A stretch of 64,000 bases of DNA from Ranitomeya imitator (taxonomy: Eukaryota), in NCBI RefSeq assembly GCF_032444005.1, contig NC_091284.1, forward strand, positions 181,102,001 through 181,166,000. The letters are read 5' to 3'. Every line of letters begins with the position of its first letter. The stretch's first letter is position 1. Positions 10,561 through 24,071 of this stretch are shown in pieces. The notes beneath the pieces are model-generated. The model saw only the letters and a list, made by a program, of their open reading frames with translations. It was not told the origin of the DNA and ran no database searches. The position numbers were made by a program, and so were the translations under genes.

Positions 10561-10612
10561 GAACCGGACCGGGTGTAACATCTATCTCACCTATTATTAT
10601 GTTTATTATATA

Positions 10613-12227
10613 CTAGATGGTGGCCCGATTCTAACGCATTGGGTATATTCTAGAATATGCATGTCCTCGTAGTATATTGCCCAGTCAAATAGTATATTGC
10701 CCAGGCTCATACTATATTGCCCAGCCACGTACTATATTGCCCAGCCACGTACTATATTGCTCAGTCACGTACTATTTGCCCAGCCACGTAGTATATTGCC
10801 CAGCCACATAATATATTGGCCAGCCACGTAGTATATTGCCCAGCCACGTAGAATATTGCCCAGCCACGTAGTATATTGCTCAGCCACATAGTATATTGCC
10901 CAGCCACATAGTATATTGCCCAGCCACGTAGTATATTGCCCAGTCACGTAGTATATTGGCCAGCCACGTTATATATTGCCCAGCCACGTATTATATTGCC
11001 CAGCCACATAGTATATTGCCCAGCCACGTAGTATATTGCCCAGCCACATAGAATATTGACCAGCCACGTAGTATATTGCACAGCCATGTAGTATATTGCC
11101 CATAAACGTAGTATATTGCTCAGTCACGTAGTATATTGCCCAGCCACGTAGTATATTGTCCAGCCATGTAGTATATTGCCCAGCCACGTAGAATATTGCC
11201 CAGCCACATAGTATATTGCCCAGTCACGTAGTATATTGCCCAGTCACGTAGTATATTGCCAAGCCACGCAGTATATTGCCCAGTCACGTAGTATATTGCC
11301 TAGCCAAGTAATATACAGCACAGAGCCACGTAGTATATTGCCCAGCCATGTAGTATATTGCCCAGTCATGTAGTATATTGCCCAGTCACGTAGTGTATTG
11401 CGCAGCCACGTAGTATATTGCCCAGCCATGTTGTATATTGCCCAGTCACGTAATATACAGCACAGAGCCACGTAGTATATTGCCCAGCCACACAGTATAT
11501 TGCACAGCGACGTAGTATACAGCACAGAGCCATGTAGTATATTGCCCAGCCACGTAGTATACAGCACAGACACGTAGTATATTGCCCAGCCAGGTAGTAT
11601 ATTGCCCAGTCACGTATGTAACAGGTTAAAAAATAAAAAAGAAACATACTCACCATCCGAAGAGCCCATTGTAGTTCCGGCGCTTGTGAGCGGTGTCCGG
11701 TCCCAGGATTGGTATGAGCGCAGGACCTTCCATGACATCGCGGTCACATGACCGTGACGTCGTGGTCACATGACCGTGACGTCATACAAGGTTCTTCTCC
11801 CATAGCATCTTTGGAAGCGGAACCTGCCGCTTGCAGTGCCGAGGAGAGGACGCGACGGCGGAAGGTGAGAATAAGGTTTTTTTTTTATTATTATTATTTT
11901 TAACATTAGATCATTTTACTATTGATGCTGCGTATGCAGTTGGGGACACACAGGGTTAATAGTGGCGGTAACGGAGTGCGTTACCCGTGGCATAACGCGG
12001 TCCTTTACCGCCGGCATTAACCCTGTGTTAGCATGACCGGAGGGGAGTATGTGGGCGACAGGCTCTGACTGCGGGGAGTAAGGAGCGGCCATTTTCTTCC
12101 GGACTGTGCCCATTGCTGATTGGTTGCGGCAGCCATGACAGGCAGCTGCCGAGACCAATCAGCGAATGAATAACCGTGACAGAAGGACAGACGGACGGAA
12201 GTGACCCTTAGACAATTATATAGTAGA
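10613..12227 (-). mobile_element. Non-autonomous Helitron
   Basis: Minus strand starts TC (TCTACTATATAATTG) and ends with a hairpin (CCCAATGCGTTAGAATCGGG) then CCACCATCTAG; inserted between A and T; no TSD. Confidence 0.85.
10667..11615. repeat. 20-bp minisatellite (GTAGTATATTGCCCAGCCAC)n inside the Helitron
   Basis: Dozens of directly abutting units with variants such as GTAGTATACAGCACAGAGCCAC. Confidence 0.95.
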
Positions 12228-12319
12228 TTTGTAATGATTTTTTTGGGTTAATAAATTTGATATTTTCTTTATTTATTCTAATGTTTTTGGGTCTCCTTCT
12301 TGGCATAACCTTGTATGTA

Positions 12320-13889
12320 CACTACGGTTCCAAAGTTTAGGGTCAATTTTGTGTTTTCCATGAAAACTCATACTTTTATTAATCAAATGAGTTGCCAAAT
12401 GAATTGAAAATTTAGCCCAGACATTGACAAGGTTCGAAAAAAAGATTTTCATTTGAAATAATAATTTTCTCCTTCAAAGTTTGCTTTCGTCAAAGAATGC
12501 TCCCTTTGCAGCAATTACAGCATTGCAGACCTTTGGCATTCTAGCAGTTAATTTGATGAGGTAATCTAGAGAAATTTCGTCCCATGCTTCCAGAAGCCCC
12601 TCCCACAAGTTGGTTTGGCTTGATGGGCACTTTTTGCATACCATACGGTCAAGCTCTGGTGACTTCGCTAGCCACTCCATTACAGATGGAATACCAGCTG
12701 CCTGCTTCTTCCCTAAATAGTTCTTGTATAATTTGGAGGTGTGCTTTGGGTCATTGTCCTATTGTAGGATGAAATTGGCTCCAATCAAGCGCTGTCCACA
12801 GGGTATGGCATGGCATTGGAAAATGGAGTAATAGCCTTCTTTATTCAAAATCCCTTTTACCTTGTACAAATCTCTCTCTTTACCAGCACCAAAGCAACCC
12901 CACACCATCACATTATCTCCACTATGCTTGACAGATGGCGTCAGGCACTCTCCCAGCATCTTTTCAGTTGTTCTGTGTCTCACAAATGTGTGATCCAAAC
13001 ACCTCAAATTTGGATACGTCTGTCCACAACACTTTTTTCCAATCTTCCTCTGTCCAATGTCTGTGTTCTTTTGCCCATATTAATCTTTTCCTTTTATTAG
13101 CCAGTCTCAGATAGGACTTTTTCTTTGCCACTCTGCTCTGAAGGCCAGCATCCCGGTGTCGCCTCTTCACTGTAGATCTTGACACTGGTATTTTGCGTAT
13201 ACTATTTAATGAAGCTGCGAGTTGGGGACCTGTGAGGCGTCGATTTCTCAAACTACAAACTCTAATGTACTTGTCTTGTTGCTCTGTTGTGCAGCGGGGC
13301 CTCCCACTTCAATTTCTACTCTGGTTAGAACCTGTTTGTGCCCTCCTCTGAAGGGAGTAGTACACAGCGTTGTAGTAAATCTTCAGTTTCTTGGCAATTT
13401 CTCGCATGGAATAGCCTTCATTTCTAAGAAAAAGAATAGTCTGTTGAGTTTCACATGAAAGTTCTTTTTTTCTGGCCATTTTGAGAGTTTAATGGAACCA
13501 AGAAATGTAATGCTCCAAATTCTCAACTAGCTCAAAGGAAGGTCAGGTTTATAGGTTTTCTAATCAGCCAAACTGTTTTCAGCTGTGCTAACATACTTGC
13601 ACAAGGGTTTTCAAGGGTATTCTAACCATCCATTAGCCTTCTTACACAGTTAGCAAACACAAAGCACCATAAGAACACTGGAGTGATGGTTGTTGGAAAT
13701 TGGCCTCTATACACCAATAAAGATATTGCATTACAAACCAGATGTTTGCAGCTAAAATAGTAATTTACCACATTCTCAATGTGTAGAGTGTATTTCTGAA
13801 TCATTGAATGTTAGCTTCATTGGAAAATTGTGCTTTTCTTTCAAAAAGAAGGAAATTTCTAAGTGACCCTAAATTTTAGAATGGTAGTA
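12320..13889 (-). mobile_element. Degenerate Tc1 transposon
   Basis: TA-flanked TIRs (CACTACGGTTCCAAAGTTTAGGGTCA); fragmented transposase (VLWTDVSKFEVFG, VKHSGDNVMVWGCF). Confidence 0.85.
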
Positions 13890-14644
13890 TATATACAGTT
13901 AGGTCCATATATATTTGGACAGAGACAACATTTTTCTAATTTTGGTTATAGACATTACCACAATGAATTTTAAACAAAACAATTCAGATGCAGTTGAAGT
14001 TCAGACTTTCAGCTTTCATTTGAGGGTATCCACATTAAAAAAGATGAAGGGTTTAGGAGTTTCAGCTCCTTAACATGTGCCACCCTGTTTTTAAAGGGAC
14101 CAAAAGTAGTTGGACAATTGACTCCAAGGCTATTTCATGGACAGGTGTGGGCAATCCCTTCGTTATGTCATTCTCAATTAAGCAGATAAAAGGCCTGGAG
14201 TTGATTTGAGGTGTGGTGCTTGCATTTGGAAGGTTTTGCTGTGAAGTAAACATGCGGTCAAAGGAGATCTTCATGCAGGTGAAACAAGCCATCCTTAAGC
14301 TGTGAAAGCAGAAAAAACCCATCCGAGAAATTGCTACAATCTTAGGAGTGGCATAATCTACAGTTTGGTACATCCTGAGAAAGAAAGAAAGCACTGGTGA
14401 ACTCATCTAAAAAAAAGACCTGGGTGCCCACGGAAGACAACAGTGGTGAATGATCACAGAATAATCTCCATGGTGAAGAGAAACCCCTGCACAACAGCCA
14501 ACCAAGTGAACAACACTCTCCAGGAGGTAGGCGTATCAATATCCAAATCTACCATAAAGAGAAGACTGCATGAAAGTAAATACAGAGGGGTCACTATACA
14601 GTGCAAGCCACTTTTAAGCATCAAGAATAAAAAAGGTAGACTGG

Positions 14645-15165
14645 TAGTGTTGAGCATTCCGATACTGCAAATATCGGGTATCGGCCGATATTTGCTGTAT
14701 CGGAATTCCGATACCGAGTTCCGATATTTTTGCGATATCGGAAATCGGAATCGACGTGTGCGGTGCGTATGGTTCCCAGGGTCTGGAGGAGAGGAGACTC
14801 TCCTTCAGGCCCTGGGATCCATATTCATGTAAAGAATAAAAATTAAAAATATGGATATACTCACCCCTCTGGCGAACCCTGGCTATCACCGCTGTGAGCG
14901 TCTGCCTCCGTTCCTGAGAATGCAGAGAGTGAAGGACCTTTGATGATGTCACGGTCAGGTGAGCGGTCACCTGACCGCGACGTCATCGAAAGTCCTTCAC
15001 TCACTGCATTCTTAGGGACGGAGGCAGACACTCGCAGCGGTGACAGCCAGGGTTCGTCTGAGGGGTGAGTATATCCATATTTTTTATTTTTATTCTTTAT
15101 TTTTTACATGAATATGGATCCCAGGGCCTGAAGGAGATTTTCCTCTCCTTCAAACCTTGGGAACC
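14645..15165. mobile_element. hAT-type MITE fragment (TAGTGTTGAGC terminus)
   Basis: hAT-like terminus, CCGATA-rich subterminal repeats and an internal inverted repeat; related to 31644-32624; right end missing. Confidence 0.65.
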
Positions 15166-15257
15166 ATCCAGAATGATGGAAAGAGAAAAGTATGGCAAAG
15201 ACGTGGTACAGCTCATGATCCAAAGCATACCATATCATCTGTAAAACACGGCGGAAG

Positions 15258-16501
15258 CCACACAGTGCAGGAGCTTTGGAATGCCATCAAGCAGCTGAGT
15301 GACGTGTGGTTTGTGCCAGCGAATCTCCAGCCAGGCATGGTAGTGTGTGACAATGGCTGAAATCTGGTGGCAGCTCTGGGTTTAGGCAACCTCACCCACA
15401 TCCCATGTCTGGCACATGTGCTCAACTTGGTCGTGCAGAGTTTTTTGAGCGACTATCTGGATCTTGATGCACTGCTGCACAAGGTCCGCATAGAGTGCGC
15501 TCACTTGCGGTATTCCAGCATGGCAAGATCGCGCATTGCAGCTCTACAGCGCCGATTCTGCCTTCCGGAACATCACATCATATGTGACCTACCCACCAGG
15601 TGGAATTCAACGTTATATATGTTGGAGAGGTTGTGTGAGCAGCAGGCAGCAGTAATTGAGTACCAGCTGCATCAGGCACAAACAAGTCTCACTGCGCGCC
15701 GTTCACACCACCACTGAGTGGGCCTCTATGATGGACATCTGCCACATTTTGCGTGCCTTCGATGATTCCACGTGGATGGCGAGTGCAGATGATGAACTAG
15801 TCAGCATGACTTTCCCCCTTATCTACCTGCTTGAAAAAACACTGCAAGCACTAAGGGAAGAGGTTTTGGAAGAGGTGGAGAATGAGGAGTCACAAATGCC
15901 ATCTGCTTCTGGACAGTCTGCGCAATGTGGTTCCTCACAAAGGCCTAGGCAGGGGACACTTTGTGAGGAGGATGAGGAGGAGTCAAAGGAGGAGGAAGAC
16001 ATATGTCCAGGGGAGGGAGGTACACAATACTCTAGTAGTCAGTATGCAGAGTGAGGGTGAGGTGATGCAGAGCAGGCAGAGATCACGCCTCAAGCAGGGG
16101 AGAGCATTTTTTGGCCAGTTGGCAGTCTGCAGCACATGGCTGATTTCATGCTGCAGTGCCTGAGAAACGACCGCTGCATCGCCCACATTCTCAACACGGC
16201 TGATTTTTGGGCCTAATAACACAGTTGAACCGGGAGCATAAAATGCAGGAGTACTAAGATGCACTGGTGCATTCCATCATGTTCTCCATTCCACCCGAGA
16301 GCAGTGCTGCTAGTGCTTTACAAAGCAGCTCAGTGCGTCGAGGCAGTGGAGGAAGCTCTGCACAAAGAGGGAGCAGAAGCAGCGCCTCAGCACAAGGCAA
16401 GTCGCATGCAACTATCCTCCAATAACGTTGACCAGCTTACTTTTCTGAAAATGAACAAGGCCTGGATCTCGCAGGAATTTGCCAGTCCTCTTCCAGATTA
16501 A
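15258..16501 (+). pseudogene. hAT (ZBED-like) transposase relic
   Basis: IPCLAHVLNLVV, DLPTRWNST, and hAT dimerisation-type tail LSSNNVDQLTFLKMNKAWI; frameshifted. Confidence 0.85.
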
Positions 16502-16559
16502 ATAATTGGTTGGCAACAGTATCCAGGTCTCCTGTTGTGTTCATGTTTCAACCACCTGA

Positions 16560-16980
16560 ACTGTAATCCCTGGGCTCCAGCACCGCCAGTTGCTGCTCAG
16601 AAGTGCCGTCTGCACAATCAACACATGCTCCAGTGTTATTGGGGTTCAGTAACGTCAGCTGATCCCCTGCTGTGTGTCCGGCAATTTCTCCTGCTCTGTC
16701 CACATTCACACTACTACTGATTTTAAACTTGCTCCAATTAGGCCTCTGCCTCCACTATGTTTCTAGTATTTACCCTGGGCCCCAACACCGCCAGTTGCTG
16801 CTCAGAAGTGCCATCTGCACAGTCAACACATGCTCCAGTGTTATTGGGGTTCAGTAACGTCAGCTGATCCCCTGGTGTGTGTCCGGCAGTTTCTCCTGCT
16901 CTGTCCACAGTCACACTACTACTGATTTTAAACTTGCTCCAATTAGGCCTCTGCCTCCACTCTGTTTCTAGTACTGTAAG
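16560..16980. repeat. About 205-bp tandem duplication in the hAT 3' region; a further unit resumes at about 22340
   Basis: CCAGCACCGCCAGTTGCTGCTCAGAAGTGCC...TTATTGGGGTTCAGTAACGTCAGCTGATCCCC repeated. Confidence 0.8.
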
Positions 16981-17879
16981 AGAGTGTCACCCCAGCCTGT
17001 ACACATGAACCATACTTTAATCAGGCTTACATTAGCATTCCTTGCCCTGTATCTGGTGGGGGCATGCTTGTCTTTGTTCCCCTCTGCAGGGGGCATCTCC
17101 AATACACAAACCTGTAGAGAGACTGCAGACAGGGTGTCTGGAACTTTCTTAATCCTTGAAGCTATGTTTAAGGGGGTGGGTGTTGGGATCAGCCCCTTTG
17201 TTGGGCAGAGATATTAACCCCTTCATGACCCAGCCTATTTTGACCTTAAAGACCTTGCCGTTTTTTGCAATTCTGACCAGTGTCCCTTTATGAGGTAATA
17301 ACTCAGGAAGGCTTCAACGAATCCTAGCGGTTCTGAGATTGTTTTTTCGAGACATATTGGGCTTCATGTTAGTGGTAAATTTAGGTCAATAAATTCTGCG
17401 TTTATTTGTGATAAAAACGGAAATTTGGCGAAAATTTTGAAAATTTCGCAATTTTCACATTTTGAATTTTTATTCTGTTAAACCAGAGAGTTATGTGACA
17501 CAAAATAGTTAATAAATAAAATTTCCCACATGTATACTTTACATCAGCACAATTTTGGAAACAAAATTTTTTTTTGCTAGGAAGTTATAAGGGTTAAAAT
17601 TTGACCAGCGATTTTTCATTTTTACAACGAAATTTACAAAACCATTTTTTTAGGGACCACCTCACATTTGAAGTCAGTTTGAGGGGTCTATATGGCTGAA
17701 AATACCCAAAAGTGACACCATTCTAAAAAATGCACCCCTCAAGGTACTCAAAACCACATTCAAGAAGTTTATTAACCCTTCAGGTACTTCACAGCAGCAG
17801 AAGCAACATGGAAGGAAAAAATTAACATTTAACTTTTTAGTCACAAAAATTATTTTTAGCAACAATTTTTTTATTTTCC

Positions 17880-20050
17880 CAATGGTAAAAGGAGAAACTG
17901 AACCACGAAAGTTGTTGTCCAATTTGTCCTGAGTACACTGATACCTCATATGTTGGGGTAAACCACTGTTTGGGCGCACGGCAGGGCTTAGAAGGGAAGG
18001 AGCGCCATTTGACTTTTTGAATGAAAAATTGGCTCCACTCTTTAGCGGACATCATGTCACGTTTGGAGAGCCCCCGTGTGCCTAAAAATTGGAGCTCCCC
18101 CACAAGTGACCCCATTTTGGAAACTAGACGCCCCAAGGAACTTATCTAGATGCATAGTGAGCACTTTGAACCCCCAGGTGCTTCACAAATTGATCTGTAA
18201 AAATGAAAAAGTACTTTTTTTTCACAAAAAAATTATTTTAGCCTCAATTTTTTCATTTTCACATGGGCAACAGGATAAAATGGATCCTAAAATTTGTTGG
18301 GCAATTTCTCCTGAGTACACCAATACCTCACATGTGGGGGTAAACCACTGTTTGGGCACATGGTAAGGCTCGGAAGGGAAGGAGCGCCATTTGACTTTTT
18401 GAATGAAAAATTATCTCCATCGTTAGCGGACACCATGTCGCGTTTGGAGAGCCCCTGTGTGCCTAATCATTGGAGCTCCCCCACAAGTGACCCCATTTTG
18501 GAAACTAGACCCCCCAAGGAACTTATCTAGATGCCTAGTGAGCACTTTAAACCCTCAGGTGCTTCACAGAAGTTTATAACGCAGAGCCATGAAAATAAAA
18601 AATAATTTTTCTTTCCTCAAAAATGATTTTTTAGCCTGGAATTTCCTATTTTGCCAAGGGTAATAGGAGAAATTGGACCCCAAATGTTCTTGTCCAGTTT
18701 GTCCTGAGTATGCTGATACCCCATATGTGGGGGTAAACCACTGTTTGGGCGCACGGCAGGGCTCGGAAGGGAAGGCATGCCATTTGGCTTTTTAAATGGA
18801 AAATTAGCTCCAATCATTAGCGGACACCATGTCACGTTTGGAGAGCCCCTGTATGCCTAAACATTGGAGATCCCCCACAAATTACCCCATTTTGGAAACT
18901 AGACCCCCAAAGGAACTAATCTAGATGTGTGGTGAGGACTTTGAACCCCCAAGTGCTTCACAGAAGTTTATAACGCAGAGCCATGAAAATAAAAAATAAA
19001 AATTATTTTCTCAAAAATGATATTTTAGCCTGCAATTTTTTATTTTCCCAAGGGTCACAGGAGAAATTTCACCCCAAATGTTGTTGTCCAGTTTCTCCTG
19101 AGTACACCGATACCCCATGTGTGGGGGTAAACCACTGTTTGGGCACACGCCGGGGCTCGGAAGTGAAGTAGTGACGTTTTGAAATGCAGACTTTGATGGA
19201 ATGCCCTGCGGGCGTCACGTTGCGTTTGCAGAGCCCCTGATGTGGCTAAACAGTAGAAACTCCCCACAAGTGACCCCATTTTGGAAACTAGACCCCGAAA
19301 GGAACTTATCTAGATGTGTGGTGAGCACTTTGAACCCCCAAGTGCTTCACAGAAGTTTACAACGCAGAGCCGTGAAAATAATAAATACGTTTTCTTTCCT
19401 CAAAAATAATTATTTAGCCCAGAATTTTTTATTTTCCCAAGGGTTACAGGAGAAATTGGACCCCAAAAGTTGTTGTCCAGTTTCTCCTGAGTACGCTGAT
19501 ACCCCATGTGTGGGGGTAAACCACTGTTTGGGCACACGCCGGGGCTCAGAAGGGAAGTAGTGACTTTTGAAATGCAGACTTTGATAGAATGGTCTGCGGG
19601 CGTCACGTTGCGTTTGCAGAGCCCCTGGTGTGCCTAAACAGTAGAAACCCCCCACAAGTGACCCCATTTTAGAAACTAGACCCCCCAAGGAACTTATCTA
19701 GATATGTGGTGAGCACTTTGAACCCCCAAGTGCTTCACAGACGTTTACAACGCAGAGCCGTGAAAATAAAAAATCATTTTTCTTTCCTCAAAAATGATGT
19801 TTTAGCAAGCAATTTTTTATTTTCACAAGGGTAACAGGAGAAATTGGACCCCAGTAATTGTTGCGCAGTTTATCCTGAGTATGCTGGTACCCCATATGTG
19901 GGGGTAAACCACTGTTTGGGCACACGTCGGGGCTCGGAATTGAGGGAGCACCATTTGACTTTTTGAATACAAGATTGGCTGGAATCAATGGTGGCGCCAT
20001 GTTGCGTTTGGAGACCCCTGATGTGCCTAAACAGTGGAAACCCCTCAATT
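17880..20050. repeat. About 390-bp tandem array (about 6 units) inside the piggyBac-like element
   Basis: GGGGTAAACCACTGTTTGGG recurs near 17961, 18343, 18736, 19130, 19519 and 19907. Confidence 0.9.
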
Positions 20051-20143
20051 CTAACTCCAACACTAACCCCCCCACACCCGTAACCCTAATCCCAACTGTA
20101 GCCATAACCCTAATCACAACCCTAACCCCAACCTTAACCCTAA

Positions 20144-20433
20144 GGCTATGTGCCCACGTTGCGGATTCGTGTGAGATTTTTCAGCATCATTTTTGAAAAA
20201 TCCGCGGGTAAAAGGCACTGCGTCTTACCTGCGGATTTTCCGCGGATTTCCAGTGTTTTTTGTGCGGATTTCATCTGCGGATTCCGCACGGTATTTTCCG
20301 CACCATGGGCACAGCGGATTTGGTTTTCCATAGGTTTACTTGGTACTGTAAACCTGATGGAACACTGCTGCGAATCCGCAGCGGCCAATCCGCTGCGGAT
20401 CCGCAGCCAAATCCGCACCGTGTGCACATAGCC
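20144..20433. mobile_element. Harbinger MITE with TAA TSD
   Basis: TAA|GGCTATGTGCCCACG ... CGTGTGCACATAGCC|TAA; GCGGAT-rich interior. Confidence 0.85.
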
Positions 20434-20442
20434 TAATTCTAA

Positions 20443-20763
20443 AGGTATGTGCACACGCAGCAGTTTCCCATGAGTTTACAGTTCAATGTAAACCTATGGG
20501 AAACAAAAATCGCTGTACACATGCTGCAGAAAAACTGCATGGAAACGCAGCGGTTTACATTCCGCAGCATGTCTCTTCTTTCTGCGGATTCCGCAGCGGT
20601 TTTACATCTGCTCCAATAGAAAACCGCAGTTGTAAAACCGCAGTGAAATGCGCAGAAAAAACATGGTAAATCCGCCATAAATCCGCAGCGGTTTAGCACT
20701 GCGGATTTATCAAATCCGCAGCGGAAAAATCCGCAGAGGACCAGAATACGTGTGCACATACCC
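20443..20763. mobile_element. Second, adjacent Harbinger MITE
   Basis: TAA|AGGTATGTGCACACG ... CGTGTGCACATACCC|TAG (TSD with one mismatch). Confidence 0.75.
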
Positions 20764-20927
20764 TAGCCCTAACCCTAGCCCTAACCCTAGCCCTAACCCT
20801 AGCCCTAACCCTAACCCTAGCTCTAACCCTAACCCTACCCCTTGCCCTAACCCTAGCCCTACCCCTAACCCTACCCCTAACCCTAGCCCTAACCCTAGCC
20901 CTAACCCTACCCCTAACCCTAACCCTA
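20761..20927. repeat. Telomere-like (CCCTAA/CCCTAG)n tract
   Basis: Directly visible alternating hexamers; a degenerate continuation lies at 20083-20143. Confidence 0.9.
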
Positions 20928-22429
20928 TTCTAACATTAGTGGAAAAAAAAAATTCTATATTTTTTTATTGTCCCTACCTATGGGGGTGACAAAGGGGGGG
21001 GGTCATTTATCATTTTTTTATTTTGATCACTGGGATAGATTATATCTCAGTGATCAAAATGCACTTTGAACGAATCTGCCGGCTGGCAGATTCGGCGGGC
21101 GCACTGCGCATGTGCCCGCCATTTTGGAAGATGGCGGCGCCCAGGGAGAAGAAGGACGGACCCCGGCAGGATCGGTAAGTATGATGGGGTGGGGGGGAGC
21201 ACGGGGAGGGGATCGGAGCATGGGGGGGTGGATCGGAATGCGGGAGGGGTGGAATGGAGGACGGGGGGGGGTGGAACGGAGCACGGGGGGGTGGAACGGA
21301 GCACGGGGGGTGGAACGGAGCACGGGGGGGTGGATCGGAGTGCGGGGGGGGTGATTGGAGCACGGGGGGGTGATTGGAGCACGGGGGTGAGCGGACAAGA
21401 GCACGGGGGGGAGCGGAGCACAGGACGGAGGGGAGCGGGGCAGTGTACCGGACAGATCGGGGGGCTGGGGAGGGCGATCGGTGGGGTGGGGTGGGGGCAC
21501 ATTAGTATTTCCAGCCATGGCCGATGATATTGCAGCATCGGCCATGGCTGGATTGTAATATTTCACCCGTTATAATAGGTGAAATATTACAAATCGCTCT
21601 GATTGGCAGTTTCACTTTCAACAGCCAATCAGAGCGATCGTAGCCACGGGGGGGTGAAGCCACCCCCCCTGGGCTAAACTACCACTCCCCCTGTCCCTGC
21701 AGATCGGGTGAAATGGGAGTTAACCCTTTCACCCGATCTGCAGGGACGCGATCTTTCCATGACGCCGCATAGGCGTCATGGGTCGGATTGGCACCGACTT
21801 TCATGACACCTACGTGGCGTCATGGGTCGGGAAGGGGTTAAGAGTGGTAGGACAACAAGCCACATCTTCTGTTAATCGATGCTGTGTGCTTTGAAGGACA
21901 AGGTTCTGCTGCTGCAGCTGGATCCTGGTATCATGTATAGAGATTGGAGATCATTTTGCCACATGGAATTGTGAGGTCTCACCACCCTACTGGATTTAAG
22001 GACTGAATCTGAAGACTGTAGTTGTGAGGTGACTTGGGAAGGGCTGGGATCTTATGCTGAGGCGAGATCCTAGTGCCAGAGTGTGGAAGGTAAAAAGCTA
22101 CTACGTTGTACTGTGTTGTGTCCCTCATCTGCTGGAGCCATTGAATTCACTAAAGGACTATTTCTATTTCCCTGGTGTCGGATTGCCGGGTGGCGCCCCC
22201 GGATTTGCTCCCTTTCTGTGGACTCATTGTGGACTCATTGTGGACATTGCAGAATTACTTTCATTTAAGTTATCTCAGTTCCCTATTCCAATAAATCTTG
22301 TTGGATTGTTTATCGGCCTTGTGTCTCTTTCTGCTCTGTGTTATTGGGGTTCAGTAACGTCAGCTGATCCCCTGCTGTGTGTCTGGCAATTTCTCCTGCT
22401 TTGTCCACATTCACACTGCTACTGAATTT

Positions 22430-23200
22430 AAACTTGCTCCAATTAGGCCTCTGCCACCACTCTGTTTTTAGTATTTACCCTGGGTTCCAGCACCGCCAGC
22501 TGTTTCCCGGCAGTGTCTTTGGCATGGGTACTCCCTCCTGCCCAGCCTGGCTGCTGCCTATCTGAGTTCCAGTACCATTAGCTGGTTCTTTGAAAGTTAA
22601 TCTTGAATATTTCCCCCTGGGTTCCAGTAACATCAGCTGGTTACAGGCAGTGCTTTTGGATTAGGTGCCTCCATCTTGGTATCCGAGTTCCACCAACGTC
22701 TGCTGGTCCTTGGTAGTGCTTTCTGGCACAGGTACCTCCTGCTTAGTAACCGGGTTCCAGTACCATCATCTTGTCCTCGGTAGTTCCATTGGCTCTTGTA
22801 CCTTCTGCTACCCATCCGGGTTCCAGCACCACCAGCTGTTTCCCGGCAGTGTCTTTGGCACGGGTACTCCCTCCTGCCCAGCCTGGTTCCAGCACGCCAA
22901 CTGTTTCCGGGTAGTGTCAAAGTTACTTTGCCTCCAATACGTTGTCCTGTCGTGTTGCGGTCGGATTAGCCGACTCTATGGTGCCTGCAGTTTAGGTGCT
23001 TCCTATGTGGGCTGCGGGATCTGGCAATGAAGGCTGGTTCCGTAGTGCCAATGGGACAAGCACCCCCTGTAGGACTGTGGGCTTCGGTAACTCTGGCCGG
23101 CTCGCGGCCTTGCAACTTTTTTTTTTCATGTTTACCTTCTGATGCCTATTTGAGTTCCAGTACCATTAGCTGGTTCTCAGAAGAGACAGAAGACCAAGAA
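22430..23200. repeat. Degenerate short tandem repeats (GGGTTCCAGCACC/GAGTTCCAGTACC) in the hAT subterminal region
   Basis: Recurrent TTCCAG(C/T)ACCA motif with duplicated blocks (22490-22555 and 22820-22890). Confidence 0.7.
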
Positions 23201-23479
23201 GCAGAAGAAGAAGAAGCTGCAGAACAAAAATCAGAAGAACATTAAGCATAAGACTAAAAAACAGAGCAAAAGATATTATCTAAATTATAAGCAGAAGAAG
23301 ACAAAGCAGTGTATGGGGGTTAGTCCATTCCTCCTTGTGGTGCCTCTGGAAACTACCTGCTGCTGCAGGCCAAACTGAACGCGGACAAATCCTGTTGTAA
23401 ATCTTTTGTGACAGGCAGAACGGAAGGTGTAATCTTCAAACTTTTATAGATAACAACTACAGGAATGTCTGTCACAAAT

Positions 23480-23700
23480 AAGAATATGATGAAAAAGAAG
23501 AACAGGAAGAAGATGAAGAAGTAGAATATGAAGAATAATAATAATAGTTGAATAAGAAGAATGTGAAGAATGTAAAAAAAGGATAATAGGAAGAAGGTGA
23601 AGAAGAAGATGAATAAGGTGAAGAAGAAGTTGATGAAAAAGATGCTGCTGCTGAGGATGATGAAGGAGAAAGTGTGGGAGAAGTAAAAAAGAAGGTGAAG
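23480..23700. repeat. GAA/GAT-rich low-complexity tract
   Basis: Visible purine-rich trinucleotide repeats. Confidence 0.85.
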
Positions 23701-23959
23701 AGCATGGAAGTAGTGAAACATAAATATCTGACAAAATATAAAAAAGCTTAACATAGTCAATATCTTTGTAACTCCGAACGTCTTACATTTTTTTAAAATT
23801 CCTGCTATTCCATTTGATTGGGCTAAACCTCTATGCCTTTAAAGTCTCCTCCACCTCCCCCAATACATTCTACATTTTTCTTAGTGGTTTTCCTTCATGT
23901 AGAATTAAACTACATGGAAAGAAAGGGTTTATTTTAATTCCAATATTTTTGTCCCATTG

Positions 23960-24071
23960 ACTTGCATTGGTTTCCGGTATCGGAATCGGCGATATTCAAT
24001 ATTTTTTGGGTATCGGTCCGATCCAATCCGGTCCGATATTTCCCAATATCGGAAGGTATCGCTCAACACTA
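23960..24071. mobile_element. Right terminus of a hAT element (…GCTCAACACTA)
   Basis: hAT-type TIR with CCGATA/TATCGG subterminal repeats; probably the end of the element carrying the 15258-16501 transposase; no matching TSD found. Confidence 0.6.

Larger units (their letters stand above)
17218..21837. mobile_element. Non-autonomous piggyBac-like element, 4.6 kb
   Basis: TTAA at 17214-17217 and 21838-21841; termini CCCCTTC...GAAGGGG; no transposase. Confidence 0.8.

Noticed and set aside
10667-11615. Regular 20-bp repeats as a CRISPR array
   Set aside because: Units abut with no unique spacers, there are no cas genes, and the array lies inside a Helitron in eukaryotic DNA
21040-21566. Pro- or Gly-rich ORFs of 107-170 aa
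   Set aside because: Translations of a G-run minisatellite inside a non-autonomous element
16975-22340. LTR-like insertion (16975-17213 plus 21842-22340) around the piggyBac-like element
   Set aside because: It interrupts a tandem repeat and has an AATAAA, but no clear TG...CA ends or TSD could be defined
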